Assembly: GCA_040954595.2 (NCBI GenBank) | Contig: CM082580.2 | Coordinates: 8,162,390-8,226,389, forward strand | Length of the DNA stretch: 64,000 nucleotides | Direction of reading: 5' to 3' | From: Balanoglossus misakiensis | Lineage: Eukaryota; Animalia; Hemichordata | Shown here: piece after piece, positions 10,901-24,500 of the stretch | Layout: every line of letters begins with the position of its first letter | Position numbering within the stretch: position 1 is the first letter of the stretch | Made by a program: the position numbers and the translations under genes | The notes under the pieces: model-generated | What the model was told of the DNA's origin: nothing | What the model saw: only the letters and a program-made list of their open reading frames with translations | Databases searched by the model: none

Positions 10901-12509
10901 CGCGCATGGAATGCTGATATGGAAATCAATTTGCATATATCTAAGTTTAGGCTTCAGACAAAACCTGCTGATGAAATATTGTTGAGCTCTCTGGATGGAA
11001 TGCAGTGAAAAAGTGACAATGTGCTCAGAAAATCAGCTGAAGACTTTTACAGTCAAAGATAAAGCCAGATGAAGCATCAGCCAAATTTGGTTGATTTACA
11101 TGAATACCAACATTAATATAATAATGATTGTCATGTTTACGGCTCTTTAAAATTTGATAGAAAATTCAAACTTAATTTATGCCCTTGCGGTGGTGAGACA
11201 TTTTCTAGCAGACATCAATTTTAGTTGTTCTCTATTTCAGTGGTATTGTCAAAGACAAGTCTACCAGAGTCTATTCTTTTACTTCCGTGATAAAGATAAA
11301 GGCAAAATTTGAAAACTGGTCCTACACAATATATCTACGGCAGAACATGAGCACCGTGTCTACCACAGTGTTTGTGTATGGCTCATAGTGCTTGAAAGTG
11401 ACCGAGGTAAAACGAAAATCACCGTAACTCTGTCACCCCTATTTTCCTGCATAAATGGTCCACCATTGCTACTGAAACAATGGATTTGGACCAAACCACA
11501 GTGGTGAAAGGGTTAAGTCAACTGTCAGGTATGCTACAGATTCCTATTTCACTTCCAGACCACAGATACATCAATAACTGACTTCAGTCAGTCTATCACG
11601 GTGATAAAAATAACTGCCTAGGCCTGTTCTTTAGCTAATAACACGTTAGCACACGTCAAAACGTGTATAGGAATTACGGTAAAAGTCCTGATGGAGTGTC
11701 GGGACCCAGGCTTATCAGATACAATCTTAAATTGTATCGAAATCCAACCCCAGAACCAACAGCAATAAATTTACTCTGAGAAATACCAATGTCTGCTTGC
11801 ACACACAACACATCTTTAAAAATACAATTTCAATATTATAATTAAACAGCTTTGATTGTATCATTTGTGTTAATTTGTACTCCAGTAAAAATGTTTTATA
11901 CAGTTTCATAATTTTAGGGTTAAAAAGTCCACAACAATAAATCTACACATAAAAATTTCACTTTCATATAAAGGTGTAATATACATACTATAAAACAGCA
12001 CAAAAGTGTGAATCTTCTGTACATGTGGTATTTACCAAAAATATATACAGACAAAATGTACACTTTATTACAAGTAGTAGCTCTTCGTACAATGTCTGTG
12101 TCATAGAGTTTCAACAGATGTAATGAAAGCTACTGTGTTTGAAAATAAATCTGCGACTCAGTTCTGCATCTGAGTTAGAAAATTGTGAAAATATTATATC
12201 TGTTTGTTTCTGATACGGCTTAGCAACAAGTCTCTACAACTTACAAGCCATGCACATTGTAATGTCCCTAAAATTGGTTCACACAGAAATATTCAGCCAA
12301 TCAGACAACACATTTCTATTTCATCGCAGGGCGAATATGGCCACTATTAAACATACTTGTGTCATGTGACAATGTGACCTTTTCTTAAGTTCAAAATAAG
12401 TGGAAGAATAAGCATTCTCGTAATGCAAAATAATAGAACATGTAAATAAAATTCTTTGGTTGAAATGCAAACTAAAAAAAACTTGACGTTCTCTCTCATA
12501 GTCCGGCAT

Positions 12510-15500
12510 CTACTTGGCCTCCTTGATGTCATTTCTGTCTCTTGAATCGCGTCTTCTGTGGCCATTGCTGTGGTTTGACATGGAGGATTTCTCAACACGC
12601 TTGAAGATGAACGGGTGTTTCAGTAGCTCTCTCGCTGTGGGCCTCAGATCTTGATCCCTGAAAGCAAAATAAAATAAACCCACTGTAATTAAGGTAGTGA
12701 ATGGCAGTGTTACTTTTACCTTTAACATTCTGAGCCAATTTGTCCATTCTACACTGCCACAGGACCTGTTGACTTTCTACTGGATTTGGCACAAACTGCC
12801 TAAAAATCTTGCTTGCCACAAGATGGCGTACTAACCACGAGGACAAAGCTACAATTGGCACATATGACAGAAATAAAAACCAACTTTCAAGTCTTACCTA
12901 TGCATGCAGACATCCACAAAGTTCCGGGCCTCTGGTGAGAACTTCTCTGGTAGTTTCGGGAGGGATTTATCGCCGGAGCCTATGGCAAAGATGGCCGCCA
13001 TGGGTGCCATCTCAGACCACGGTGGCTTTCTGGTTGCCATTTCAAATACGGTGCACCCAACGCTCCTAGAAATCCAAACAGGTCAGAGGTTAGAGGTATA
13101 AAGTTAACAAGGGTGATTGTAAAGATAATAGTAACTTGGGTCTTGCAGCCACATGCATTACAAGTAACACATGAACATTAATTGAAACAATCTTTTAAAT
13201 TCACAACACTGCATTATATATTCACTGTCATCTATTTAACTCACCAAATGTCCGACTTGGTTCCGTGCCCTGTTTCCATAACGACCTCAGGTGCCATCCA
13301 GTAAGGGGTTCCCCTCATTGATTTCAGCAGCTGGGCCTGACTCTGGCTCAGATTAATGCACAGTCGCTTGGCGCAACCGAAGTCGATGAGTTTGATCACA
13401 CCGTTGGGCATCAGCATCACGTTGCCTCCTTTGATATCCCTGATGTACAAAACACAAGATAAAAGTCAGTAAATTGTAACATCAAACCGCTTATATACAT
13501 TCTCAAAGCTGCTTGACACTGGCAGTTTGTTTTGGGGTAGATTATGATACCCAGTCAAAAGCATGCCACGCTTACCTGTGAATAACGTTGTTTTCATGGA
13601 GATAGTCCACCCCCTTGAGTACTTGCTTGGTGTATCGGCTAAACACAGGCTCCTCTAGTGCACCAAATCTGGCCAGCAACTGAGCTATGGAACCACCGGG
13701 TACAAACTGCATAAAGATGTTGACAGTGTTGTTTTCCAAACAGGTGCCAAGGAAGCTGATGACAGAAAAGGGGAGAAGGGCTTATGAGAATGTGTATTCA
13801 GCTTCTAAATCTGAGACAACATACATCTCAGTGCGTCATCATACCAAAATACATTTGTAATGGAAATACTCTCTTCTTGATACACTCTTTTTTGTTCTAA
13901 GACTCATATTCTCCTTTGAAAGAAAATGCTCCATTTCCAATGTAACTCATTTCAAAATTTGACTTTTAAGGCTGACCAAGTGAGTAAATAAGTGACTGAC
14001 TTACGTAACAATGTTGACATGGTCCAGTGTCTTCAGCAGATCAACTTCTTCCTGAAGTTTCTCGTATTGTTTCTCCGCATCTTCCTTGCCTTTGACACTC
14101 AACTCAACCTGCTTCACAGCGATCAGCTGTCCAGTGTTTGTTAGGCCACAGTAAACCTGTCACACAAATGATCATCAACATGAACTATCATCTTGTGTTC
14201 CTCATGCAACCAGATGTTCATTTTGATAGTTTGTCTATCTACCGGTATCTGTCTCTCCGCTGTCTGTGTGTGTCAGTCAGTCTATCTCACACACACACAC
14301 ACACACACACTTACTGTTCCATAAGCCCCTCTACCCAGCACCTGCCCCTTCTTCCAGTGGATCAAATCTTCATGTAAGTCTGCATGCATCGTGCTGGCAC
14401 TGTCACTCCGCATACTGCTGGCTGCAGATCTCACCTTGCCTAGGGAACTGGTGATAGTCTGTCAAATGGAACACACAGAGAATAGAGTTCAGGCAAACTG
14501 GGCACTTGTGGGGATCGAGTCAAAGTGAAAACTTAAAGTCTATATCATCATAACAGTTACTGTTTCTATAAAGATTGGTTTAAAGTTTCTTCTTTAACAT
14601 TTTTTTCTGTAAAAGGCATTCACAGAATATACTAATAATCAGAGATCGCATGTACTCACCCTGCTGTCTGGTCTACCCAGCGTTTCCGTCAGAGTTCTAT
14701 CTGACAGATCAGTGGCATCTGACTTCAGACTCTGGCTGAAGAACTCTGAGGCCAACGAGTTGATAGAGTCAATGGATTCGAACTCCTTGTGACTCGGTCT
14801 CTGCAACTTCACAGCTGGGGTGTGATCCCCGTCGTCCTGCGTTTGAGACAGCAACAGAGTCTGCTGCAGCTTCTCCATGTTCTCTGCTGACAGTTTGGCG
14901 GCGTGCTGCTCGGGCGACAGCTCCAGATTTTGTCCGGGTGGTTCGCTGAAGACATCATCATCTCCTGACTCTCTTGCTTTATCATTCCTGGCATCTTTTC
15001 CACTTTCCTGTTTCTCACTCTTCTTCCTTGACGCGGGAGCATTCTGATTTTTCGCATCGCTGGTCGATTCCTTTCTTGGCAGCGGTGGTTTCTGAACCAC
15101 TTTTGCAGGTGTCTCGCTCGGCGGCTTCTGGGTCTGGGTCTTCTTGGCGTCAGAAGGAGCAGCGACTTTTCCAGCACTCTGCCCCTTCGCAGGTTCCTTC
15201 TCAGCTTGGCCCTGAGCCGCCATATCTGGTTTCCTAACCACGGCAACAGCCGCAGCAGCGGTTGAAGGCTTACTCCCAACGGCGGTTTTCTGATTATTAT
15301 TCTCCTGTGTTGCTGCGTTAAGCTTGGTGCCACTTGGCGGCTTGGCAGGAGCTTGCTTCAGTGCGACCGTTTCCTGTTTTGGCTCCAATTTCTTGTTATT
15401 TTCCACTGCAGTTTTTTCTGTTTTTGGGTGATGTGGGTTGATTTTCACTGGTACTCCAAGCCTTGACTTATCAGCACTTCCCTGTTTGGTGTTATCCCGC

Positions 15501-18500
15501 TTGGCAGAATCGCTCTTCTTGTCCCCGGGCACAACATTCTCACTTGCTTTTTTCTCTGGAACGCTTGGCTGCACGGCGCTTTCAGGAAGAGCCGGCTGCA
15601 GACAACTTGCCGGTGGCACCTCCGGTATCCTGTTGCTCTCAAACTGCACGTCGTCTTCCATGTTTTCGGCCTCCTCGATGTCCTCCTCATTGATGGACTC
15701 CGCCTCTGAGCTGTCGAAGTGTTCGGGCACGTGGAAAACTTTCAGCAGGTCTGGATTTGTCTCGTAGGAGACATCCGACATGTAGCTGCCTTCATTGTCA
15801 CTCTCGTCGGTGAACCCGAGCCTAGGCGTCAACCCCTTACTTCCCTCTCCAGCTGGTGCGGCCAAGATCGGCACATCCAGCACTTTTTCCGGTCCTCTCT
15901 CTTCCCTGATCGGTTGGGTGACGGAGCTTCTCCTGGAAGATTTATTGGATCTATTCCCTTCGCTGTTTTTCTCTCGATTTATTTTCCAGGATGTGCTGGG
16001 CGACCTGTCGCACCCCTCCGTCTCGATCACCCGCCTGATCTCGTTAATTATTTTATCGTTAATGGACATGTTCCTCGGGTCATGATCTACCTCGCTGGCG
16101 TTGCTCTTCAAAGTGTCGGCAAACTCCTTTATGGTGTCCATGGTTTCCGGCATGAAGTTCTGCGCCTCATCCGGGATCAAGATCACGCCATCCACGGGGA
16201 CCCTGGGCGTGATGTCCTCGCTCTCGATGGCCTCGTCGTCGTCGGACGAGTCATCGTCCATCCGCGAGCGGTCGTGGATGATGACATCATCGTTCTCGTT
16301 ACGCCCCGTCTTGATCTGCCACCCCATGCCCGTGATAAACGCGGTCTTGTCGATCTCGTCATCTTTGATGATCTTGGCTGTGTTCTTCTTCCCCTTCTTG
16401 ACGACATCCGCGTTGCGGTTTCCGGATCTCGGCTTGCCTCTGCCTTTCGCGCTCTTCTGCTTTTCGACACCGGAACCCCTCTCCCTACTCTTGGACCCAC
16501 TCCCTGGCTTAACCCCCACTTTCTTCTTCCCGGCCGAAGACGGCTGCTTCTGACTTGGATTCGCGCCGCCGACAGCGACCTTCTTGGCAGGGTTTCTCGA
16601 CGTCGCGCTGCCTTTCCTCCCGTCCCTGGCACTGGCCACTCTCTTCTGCGCAGGCTTTGACGCAGACAGCAGATTCCGCCTGCCGGCCGACGCCACCCTG
16701 GTTTCCACAGCTTCAACTTTCGGCTTTTCCACGTGCGTTTTCTCTTTGTGTAATTGCATGCTTTCCATCATGTCGTATATCACCGGTGTAACATCTACAG
16801 ACTGCTCTGGTTTCTTCTCCTGGCTCCCTGCCTGCTGCCCCTCAGCAGCTTTTCGCAACAGTTCTTCAGTTTTGGGTTTTGAAGTGACCGGTCTGTTTGC
16901 AGCCGCAACCTGTTCTTGTTTTACGATATTCCTTGAAACGTCCACGCCCGATTTGGGTTTTTGTTCACTGGAGTCTGCTTTTTTCATGTCTACCTTGTTG
17001 GCAACTTTCTGGTCTGCTGCACTGCCCGTAGTTCTTGTCACCGGCTCCTTCTTCACCGTCTCGGACTTCACCTGCTGTGGTACATGTTTAGTTTTGCCTT
17101 CCACTGCACCACCCCACTCTATCACCCCGGGGGTCACTCCAGGTTTCGTGCCTTCCTGTGGACCTTTTCCCCGAGTGGTCGTGGCATTTTCCTTCTCACT
17201 GTCCTTCCGAGACTTAACCTGCAGATTCCCGGAAGCAATCACTTTCTGCCCAGCTGCCTCATCCGTCTTGCTAGTCTGATTTAGCCTGGACGTGGTCAAG
17301 ACTTCCTTGGATTGGCCAGTATTGGCCGAAGCTGGCTTGGCACCACTCTGGACTATAGCGGCGACCTGCAGCTGCTCTGGGTGTTTCTTTGGCACAGCAG
17401 TCGGGTGGCTTGTGTTACCAGCGCTCTTCGACGGAGCCTGATTGTTTCCAGCACCGACTTTTTCTTTCAGGTTTGCATTCATTTGGCCGTGCGTCGTCCC
17501 ACTTTCCCGCGTAACTGCTGCAGCAGACTTTGCAGCAACCACTGTTTTGCCTTTCTGTTCGTGTGATTTTTGAGTCTCTCTGTTACCCGTGGCTGCGTTT
17601 CTTGTCAGGTTAGCACCCGCAGACTTGCTGGTGGCAGACACAGGAGTCTTGTTGTGATTACCCGAGCTTAGATCTTTTCTCGGGGAAGGGGTGTTACCAT
17701 GTCCAGTACTGGTCTGTTTGTGAGGTTCATGAGCTCCAGCAGATTTGCTGGTGGCAGACACAGGAGTCTTATTGTGATTACCCGAGCTTACATCTTTTCT
17801 TGGAGATGGGGTGTGACTATTTCCAGCACTGGTCTGTTTGTGAGGTTCATGTCTCTTGGGACCTGCAGAGACCGAGTTTCTCGGAGTGTGGAAAAGTTCA
17901 ACCTTCCCGGGTGAGGTTTTGGCTGGTGTTTGGTTGGACTTGGCATCGCTGCTGCCGGAGAGTCGTGAAAACAAAAGTCTGGTGCCAGCACTTTGGCAGG
18001 GCTCACCCTGCTCCTTCTTAACACTAGAGTCTACTTTCTGTTGGCTTTGAGGCGAGTCTTTCACTTTTGCTGGATTGAGATTACAACCCGGCACAGTTCC
18101 CGCATTGTTATTACTATTACTCTGCGTAACATGGGCCTGCTTGCTGACACTGCTCGCGTTGGTCTTTGCCACATTTGAACTGTTCTTGGCTGCATTACTC
18201 TCTGTCGCTTTCCCCTGAGAAGACTGCTGTACAGATTTTGGCTCGGATGTCTGCGAGGGCGCTCTTGTCTTTTGCGCACTGGCTGCAGCCACTGACCTCT
18301 GACCTGCAGAGACCGGCGCATTCTGTGATGGAGGCACTGGGTTGTCTTCGTTGCTGAGTTTCCTGACTGGTTCCTTTCTGTCGGCGGATGAATTCAAGTC
18401 GATCATCTTTGACGACTGTTTCCTAGTTTCCTGAGAGTGATGGCTGCTGTCACTGCCGTGTCTGGACGCCCCTCTCGGATTCTGGCTCAGTGCCTCTCTT

Positions 18501-21500
18501 GCCGACGCAGCCAGCGGGTATGTCCGACTCAGAGTGACTTTGGAACTGGACGGTTTCTTGGAGTCTTGCGCTGCGTCGCTTTTTGCAGCAATGGTGGTCT
18601 TCACTAGCGTCGGTTGGTCGCCCTGTTTTCTCGCCAGCGAAAGTGGCACTGGCTTCTCAATAATCAATGTACCGGTAGCAGCCGGAGTCATCTGCGCTCC
18701 GGACTTTCTCAGGTTTAGTCCGGGATCACAGACATCGAAGGAAGTCCTTGGACTCGGAGTTGACAGCGAACTCACACTTGAACTGTAACTGCTGCTCTCG
18801 TTTGACCTTGAGGACAGAGGAGCATCCTGCTGCTGTTGTTGTTGCTGCTCTGACCCGGCTTTGACCCGCGACTGCACGATGTTGAACATCACGTGTTTGT
18901 CCAGCAACGACTTTGACCTCGTCAGCTGCAGATGGTCCGGCACTGCCAATTTTATTTCCTCCGAAGCACCGTGGGAGACGCCGTTGCTTTGAGCGACACG
19001 ATGCGTGTCTCCAGCTTCTTCTTCTTCATCATCTTCAGCATGGAAGGACAGCACCGGGTCGTGTTGGATGCTCTCGACTTGACTCCGGAATGCCGGTGAC
19101 GGTGGAAGCAGGGATCTGGAATTCGGGTACAACGTGCTTCCGTTCATGGGGCTGTCTGCACTGACTCTCACTGTCATTTGATCTGTCAATCAGAAACAAG
19201 ACACAGATTCAGTGAGTCACACGAACATTGCAAAAAAAAATAATCTCTCTATACCTTTGTATCTAGTTAAGTAGTGAACGTGACACTCACAAACAAAAGA
19301 ATCTCCCTGGATTGTTGATTCCTACCTAAATCTAGTATCATAGGCACTGCAGGCTTCCCTTCTTCGATGGTGTACGGGATCTTCAATCTTGGGTTGTCTT
19401 GTGACATGGGAGCCAGTTTCGGTGGTGGTGCTACAATTTCGTCGCTGTTTTCGACGTTTGACAGTGACCGTGGTAACCTCTTGCCTGTCATTCACAAGAT
19501 AAAATTCAGACTTTCCTCAGGATCAAAGTGACATCATCAAACCAGGAGGTTAAAGTTGACCTTGTACACGGCAAAGTGTTTGCCTAGTCTTGAAATAACC
19601 TGTCTAGTCCAACACTTTGGAAATATAGCAGGTCCATCATAGTCAACACTATTACTAACCCAATCTAAGGTCGTCATGCACTCACCTCTTTTCAGATAAC
19701 TGTTGCAGGCTTCAGTCACGTCCGTGACACTGGGGTTTGAAAAAGATCGCTGTTTTTGGAGGGGATACGTGCGGTGGAAACTAGTGCTCCTCTCAATATC
19801 TGGTCCGCCCCTTTTCTTTTCAATCATGTGACCTATAGGACCCTGGTTGACTCTCTGAAATCTATTTGTGGTTAAACCAAAAGTTTACTTCTTCGAAGTA
19901 TTCTTGTGTGTCAGTAGCAGGAATAACTTTTTATCAGACACTAGTACCGGTATACACTATACACCCACAATATGAACACAAAAATAAACCTGGTTGACTC
20001 CCCAACTTAGGGTCAAATAAGTAATGGCGCCTACCTAATTTCCTGAAGATTATCATCCAGTTCCAAACCTAAGACAGTGACTGGAACAGGACTGTACTCT
20101 GCTGGTACTGATTTGCGTGTTGGGTCAGCTAAAAACACAAATAGAACAGAGTTAGTTTCAAACTTCATAGCTTTATAAAGTTTTACAACTGAAAGGGAAA
20201 GTCAAAAGACTTTCATTCTAACAGAGCTCTTCAAACATGGAAGAGGTTTTGTTTTAATCACAGTGCGCGTGGACTTTTCAAGTTCTCCATTTTTAACTTA
20301 AATATTACAATTAGGGTTATTTTCGCCACTTTTGAACATGCAATACATGTACTTACAAAATTTTTGCGCAAGTCTCTGGTGTGCCCTGACTTTGGAATTC
20401 CTGACACCATCTTCTTCGAAGCTTCTATTCAATGCTTTGTACCTCTTGTCACTCAGCATCCGTCCGTTGCTTTTCTCGGGCGAGCTGGAAGACGCCAGTG
20501 GTGATATGAGCGGCATTTTCTCCGGCGTCCTGGGAGAGGTTTGCGAAGGTGCGGAGATTTCCGTCGGCGCCGGTGTGAACGGAATCGGAGTGATCACCAT
20601 ACTGTTGCGGGAGTCGCACCGGGAGCAGGCGCGTGGCATGCCAAATTTCCTTGGATTGGGTCTGAAGAAGCAACATACATACAGACAGACCTATTTATTA
20701 AACTTGGTTTCTAAATGAACCACACAACTGTCAAAACTGAACACTGTTTTCAGTTTCCTAGTCCAGCGCAGACATGTTAGAAATATCTTCATAAACTGCA
20801 AACCTCTACTGCAAACTGGATATTTTTCTGAGTCTCGATCTGCAAATCAATGACAAAGACAGCATCAAGTCCTACCTGGGTGTAAATCTACCACTCTCAA
20901 TATCTTGCATCATTTTCATCTCAGCTCTTTGTGACTTTTCTGCATCAGTCAGCTTCTTCACCATCTTTTTCTCTGGTGAAAAAAAATTGACATCAACGGA
21001 AAGTTAGGAATAACTTTTCACTTCAGCAGATGACATATTTTCACGGAAAATTCTTGTTGTATAACTCCTTTGTCCCCAGTAAACTGTGAATAGTCTTCTA
21101 ACCACACCACTTGAAACAAAATTGTGTTGAGATCGAGAAAAGTTGATACTTACTTCCCGGTGATATGTTTCTCAATGCCGGGTGCTCAGCCACTGGAAGA
21201 TCCTGGAATTGAAGTAAGCAAAACCAGTGAAGAACCCAGGAAAAGTGAGACAAGTTCTTTAAATACAAAGTATGAAATTAACTCTGATGTTGAGCAACAA
21301 GAAAAAACCCACTCACATCGAAATCAAATACAACTTCTGAGAGTCTCTTGCGATTATACGCTGGCATGGGAGACAGAATAACAGTCTCGTCGAGCGACTG
21401 CTGGACCATGGATGCCCTGGACGGAGGTTTGACCGGACTTAAAACCACGGAATCTCTCCTTGTCTGAGTCGCTTCGGCCCAGGCTTCTGTTGGAGTAAAA

Positions 21501-24500
21501 GAAAGACCAGCAGTGGACAATACAGTAAGTGACAACAAAGAAAGAACATAAAAAAGTCTGCGGTGAGTCAGCACTGCATTGGGGGGACAGGTTATAGTTT
21601 GGCTGTGTGCCAGTGGTTTGTTTTTGATACAGTGATCCAATCGATTATTTGTGTACGATCTGACCTGCATCTCTAAGCATAAAAAATAATGTTGATCCAC
21701 ACACACACAGACACACACATACACACATACGGGTACATACATACACACTCACACACATACACACAGAGTGAAGACCAACTTTCATCCAAGTATTATGTAA
21801 AGTTATACGTCCTGGCAATAATTATTAAGCTCAGATATATTTGTATTAATGAAGACACTCTAAGTTTCCTTCAAAACTGAAAAAAAGATCTCTTTCAAGA
21901 TTAAATATGCCACATTTTATCATTGCTACATTTCAGATTTTCCCTCACCTTTAAGTCTCGTTTTTATTTTCTTTGTCTTGGCCACTTCCACAGCAGTGTT
22001 GCCGCTGTCGTCCACCAACAAAATATCAGCGCCGCGCTCAAGCAGTGTCTCTGCAATCTTCTGGTGGCCAGATTGAGCCTGTTGTAAACAGAACAAATGA
22101 TGTCAACAATGCCATCAACAGGTGTGCACAAACGATGACCTTGTGACCTGGCTGAAAAATTATTATATTTTCAGAAGAGGGAAATCAACAATGGATATGT
22201 TTATGTTTTTGGTTCACTGGGTCATTGTCAATGACATGACCAAGACCTTAGTGCCTTTGTTGACTATAACAATTAGCATACAGTAGTGGAATCACTGTTA
22301 TATTTAACTGTTCGATTAGATTTTACCTGTGCTTTGAATGGCATATTACTGTCCCAAACACAAAACGTCAATTAACATACAATTGCCAGTTTGTACGGTA
22401 CTCCAGCTATTGTATAATCAGTGCTTTAGTGTTTCTGAAACAGATACTATTGTAGCTTTTTTCTATTTATTTATTTATTTATAAATAATGATGCCGGACT
22501 TACAGAGACATGTAATGGAGTGACACCAGCAAATCCCCGGCAGTTAACATCAGCACCCTTATTGATCAACGCAACCACCACATCAGACTGACCACTTTGG
22601 GAAGCAGAATGAATCGGTGCAAAGGAACGATTATCTTTGGAATCTATCACAGACAGAGAAAAATAAAATAAAGTGAGGGGTTGGAAGCACAATGTCCATT
22701 TACTTATATGTGACTTCAACTATGCTTCAACTCAAACAACTATACAGAGAACAAGGACAAGTCTCAGAAACTTGGTCAGACTTATTTTTAATCAACAGGT
22801 CTAATCCTTTTGTTGAGTCCACACAAACAGAATTGCTTATACACATGTCGCTGTATTAAACCTTGTTCAGGGGTAACCCCCGTTTGATGTCATGACAAGG
22901 TTTTCTACCAGGCATCAAGGTTAATAATAAACTCTCGCACAACTGAACAAATTTTACTGGTACCTGGCAAATACTAGCAGCAAAAGTATTTGCAACGAAC
23001 AAAGCAATGTGAAACTTGCATATCGGCACGTAAAACTGACCGAGCTGTGGACTCAGAAATTACGGACCACAAATTTAGTTCAACTTACCAACTAACGGAC
23101 AGTCTTTCAACATCAGACAGACCACTTTTTCTGAGGAGGGACTTTTACAAGAAGATGCCAAATGGATGGAGGATTTCCCTTCTGGGTCAGACGCTGTTAC
23201 ATCACTGTAAAATCAACATGAAATATCAAAATAATAAACAGCTTGACCCATTATTTTTTACTAAAATTCATGAATTCTTCAATTTTGCATCAACACATCA
23301 GTTAGATACCAAATCTTTCTGGCTTAATTTACTTTTTTTCATTTCATAGTTTGGATTGACTGAATGTCTAAGAATAGTTGACTTCTCCTGTTTCTACTTA
23401 TTTCTGCATTTATTCAAGAAATAATCTGAATTTTTTAAAACAAGAAAACTTACGATCGTTTTTGCACCAATATGGACACCACTTCCACAGGGTTGTAGTT
23501 TTTGGCCGCTCTACCAACTGAAGAAAAAGTTTGGCAATTTGAGAAAATACAGTCAAGAAAGGGTAATTCAGGACATCTAAATCCCTCAGGCAAAGATCAT
23601 TAATACTGGTTGGAAGTTACTGCTTGTAGTATTAAAGACTTGTCAATGTGCATTTGTTTTCTGGTCTTGTTGATATGGGGGTCACATTTGAGAGTGGGAA
23701 CCTTCCTCTGTCTGGAGTACATATTTCATTGCATAGAAATCTAAACTTCAATTAAGACCCGACACTGAGAAAGCTTTCGCAACTATAGAACAAGGTCAGC
23801 TATAGTGTCGCAAGCAATGTCAAATGCCCAGACTTCTGACTCAAGCCGATCCCGGATGAACTTGAACATGTTTTTAATCCCCAAGACTCTGTGGCTATAA
23901 GAGCCCACCTCCCAAGACCCTGTTCTGTTCTGTCTGGCACAGTTCTATCGTGGTAACAAGGCCAATTGTTGCATTGTCACGCACACGCACACAATGGAGG
24001 TTGACTTACTTTTCTCAAAGAGATCGATATCCCTTGTGACCAGAAGCAATGGTGTGTAACCGTCGGCGTTGCGACAGTTGATGTCCAACATTTTGCTCTC
24101 GCTCTGTAGAGACAGACACACACATACAGAGACCAAGTCAATATTGTAGTCAGAGTCTTTTCTCAAAGCTCAATAGCAACATCACAGGTTTCAGGAAACT
24201 GTCAGTATTATCACTATACACAATAATTTAAATCAGAAATGCAGTTTTCCATTTGAATTATTTTTTTCATAATGATCTGACTTAAGTGACAATGATTCTG
24301 GAAAAAGTTTCAGTACTTTGTTCATTACAAGCAATGTTTGATGCAAATCCTAGTGGTATAAATTTCACTACATTTACGAATAAATAAATAATTTTTTATC
24401 AACTCACCAAGACTCTCTTCAGCACCTTGACATTGCCCTGCCAAGCAGCCTGCAGCAGATGTCTCGGAGTGCACCCGGTCCTCTCTACAGAATCTAACAA

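Noticed and set aside
11430-11517. GTGGTGAAAGGGTTAA resembling a TTAA-type MITE terminus
   Set aside because: No matching opposite terminal repeat was found in the window, so no element can be delimited.
14809-19164. Many long alternative-frame and antisense ORFs (e.g. 15719-16660, 16584-17279; similarly around 426-1739 and 60245-61999)
   Set aside because: They are shadows of large GC-richer exons of MAP3K19, ICE2 and MASTL, with no independent motifs or splice structure.
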